A stretch of DNA of 33,827 bases from a virus, in IMG/VR virus record IMGVR_UViG_3300031853_000169; one strand, 5' to 3'. Numbering within the stretch: the stretch's first letter is position 1; the number at the start of each line of letters is the position of its first letter. Position numbers and translations under genes: made by a program. Below the pieces are notes generated by a model that was not told the DNA's origin, searched no databases, and saw only the letters and a program-made list of their open reading frames with translations. Shown here piece after piece: positions 32,985 to 33,827 of this stretch.

Positions 32985-33252
32985 CACAGATATGCTCTAC
33001 ATGGCAGGCTTGCAGAAACAGCTTGACGATACGCATGAAGAAAACAGAGTGCTTATGAAGGAGGCTGACAGGCTTATCAATGAAAAAGGAAAGCTCATGG
33101 CTCAGAACGAGGAGCTTAAACAGCTTCTTTGCAAAACGCTTCCCGTTCTTCATGCTGCGATATTCGTCAATTACAAGGAGACTCGTAAGGCTGACGAACT
33201 CTATGACGAGATCGTAAAAATAGTCGGGAAAGGCGGTGATACAAATGGCTGA
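32977..33252 (+). CDS. Hypothetical coiled-coil protein (91 aa)
   Basis: AGGAGG lies 8 nt before ATG 32977; GTG 32968 is an alternative start. Confidence 0.5.
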   Translation: MTDTDMLYMAGLQKQLDDTHEENRVLMKEADRLINEKGKLMAQNEELKQLLCKTLPVLHAAIFVNYKETRKADELYDEIVKIVGKGGDTNG

Positions 33253-33595
33253 GTATATAAGCAAAGAAGCGGTGCTTAATCACCTTAATGAGTGTAAGGA
33301 AGATCCATTATTTGATCCTGATATGGCAAGAATATGCTTTGCAATAAGCATATTCATTGAAGATATGCAAGCTGCGGACGTTCAGCCTGTGAAGCATGGC
33401 AAATGGGAAGAAACCCATATATCACTTGTCAAGTATATTCCGGAAGATGAAAAAGAAGAAGGACACTCGTTTTACATGGCAGAATTGAAATGTTCGTGTT
33501 GTGAAAGATATAACGTTGTAACATTTGCCTTGACCTTAAACAAACCGGATTTCTGCCAGTTGTGCGGAGCAAGAATGGACGGTGATGCGGAATGA
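33245..33595 (+). CDS. Hypothetical protein with a C-terminal zinc-ribbon-like motif
   Basis: Contains CSCCERYN...FCQLCGARM. ATG 33245 is preferred; GTG 33236 is an alternative start. Confidence 0.5.
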   Translation: MAEYISKEAVLNHLNECKEDPLFDPDMARICFAISIFIEDMQAADVQPVKHGKWEETHISLVKYIPEDEKEEGHSFYMAELKCSCCERYNVVTFALTLNKPDFCQLCGARMDGDAE

Positions 33596-33827
33596 CACTT
33601 GATGAAGCAATAGCAAGGCTGAACGACAAGCATAATCACACGCTTGTTTTTAACCCGAAACAGCTCGCAGGACTTCTGACAGGACTGAAAGAGCTGAGAG
33701 AAGAAAACAAGGATTGGAAAGAAGAATATGCATATATTAACAAAGTCAGTTACGGCTATTACAAAGAACTGAAAGAAGCAAAGCGACTTCTGAAAGCGGC
33801 GGTTGAGGATTTCAGGATATTAGGAAC
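33592..33827 (+). CDS. 5' part of the junction-spanning hypothetical protein (ends at 269 after circularisation)
   Basis: ATG 33592 overlaps the upstream stop (ATGA). The frame stays open to the window end and continues into positions 3-269. Confidence 0.6.
   Translation, partial: MTLDEAIARLNDKHNHTLVFNPKQLAGLLTGLKELREENKDWKEEYAYINKVSYGYYKELKEAKRLLKAAVEDFRILG
33701..33827. repeat. Second copy of the 127-bp end overlap
   Basis: Identical to 1-127. Confidence 0.95.

Noticed and set aside
1-33827. Search for tRNA/tmRNA, CRISPR arrays, transposase or IS ends, and reverse-transcriptase/DGR template-variable repeat pairs.
   Set aside because: No cloverleaf-like sequences were seen in the few intergenic gaps. 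There are no regularly spaced repeats, no RT or transposase motifs in any ORF, and no near-duplicate segments involving the tail-tip genes. This was by-eye inspection only; tRNAscan and repeat finders should confirm it.

Overview
The window is a complete, circularly assembled genome of a temperate siphovirus-type phage or excised prophage. Positions 1-127 are identical to 33701-33827, so the unique length is 33,700 bp, and one ORF runs across the junction. Nearly all genes are on the + strand, with Firmicutes-style AGGAGG ribosome-binding sites and ATGA/TAATG start-stop overlaps. Only the lysogeny pair is on the - strand: a large serine recombinase and a CI/LexA-like S24 repressor. Module order, part 1 (packaging and head): sigma-70 region-4-like late regulator, portal, MuF/SPP1-gp7-like head protein with an AT-rich foreign C-terminal domain plus a small ORF and twin terminators, HNH, large terminase, prohead protease/scaffold, major capsid, neck proteins. 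Part 2 (tail and lysis): major tail, chaperone/Gp15, tape measure, distal tail protein (Dit) with a C-terminal type-I dockerin module, Tal-like tail tip, three unknown tail-tip ORFs, membrane protein/holin/M15 endolysin, a 6-TM membrane protein. Part 3 (lysogeny, early genes, replication): integrase and CI on the - strand, a divergent genetic switch, micro-ORFs, then a recombination/replication module (RpoA-alphaCTD-like protein, SMC-like ATPase, Sak4/AAA_24-like ATPase, DUF669-like protein, SF2 helicase, primase-polymerase/AAA_25), an iteron/AT-rich candidate origin, RusA, YopX and Cys-rich small proteins. The most interesting signals are four. (1) A dockerin fused to the baseplate Dit protein, implying cohesin-mediated adsorption and a Ruminococcus-like host. 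(2) A compositionally foreign cargo domain plus small ORF cassette on the MuF head protein, matching polymorphic-toxin or injected-effector architecture. (3) A non-canonical packaging-gene order with no recognisable small terminase. (4) A perfect 15-bp inverted repeat with a promoter/terminator pair next to the integrase gene, which could be attP and/or a small RNA. No tRNA, rRNA, CRISPR array, transposase or reverse transcriptase was seen. All functional calls come from motif recognition by eye; no database search was run.
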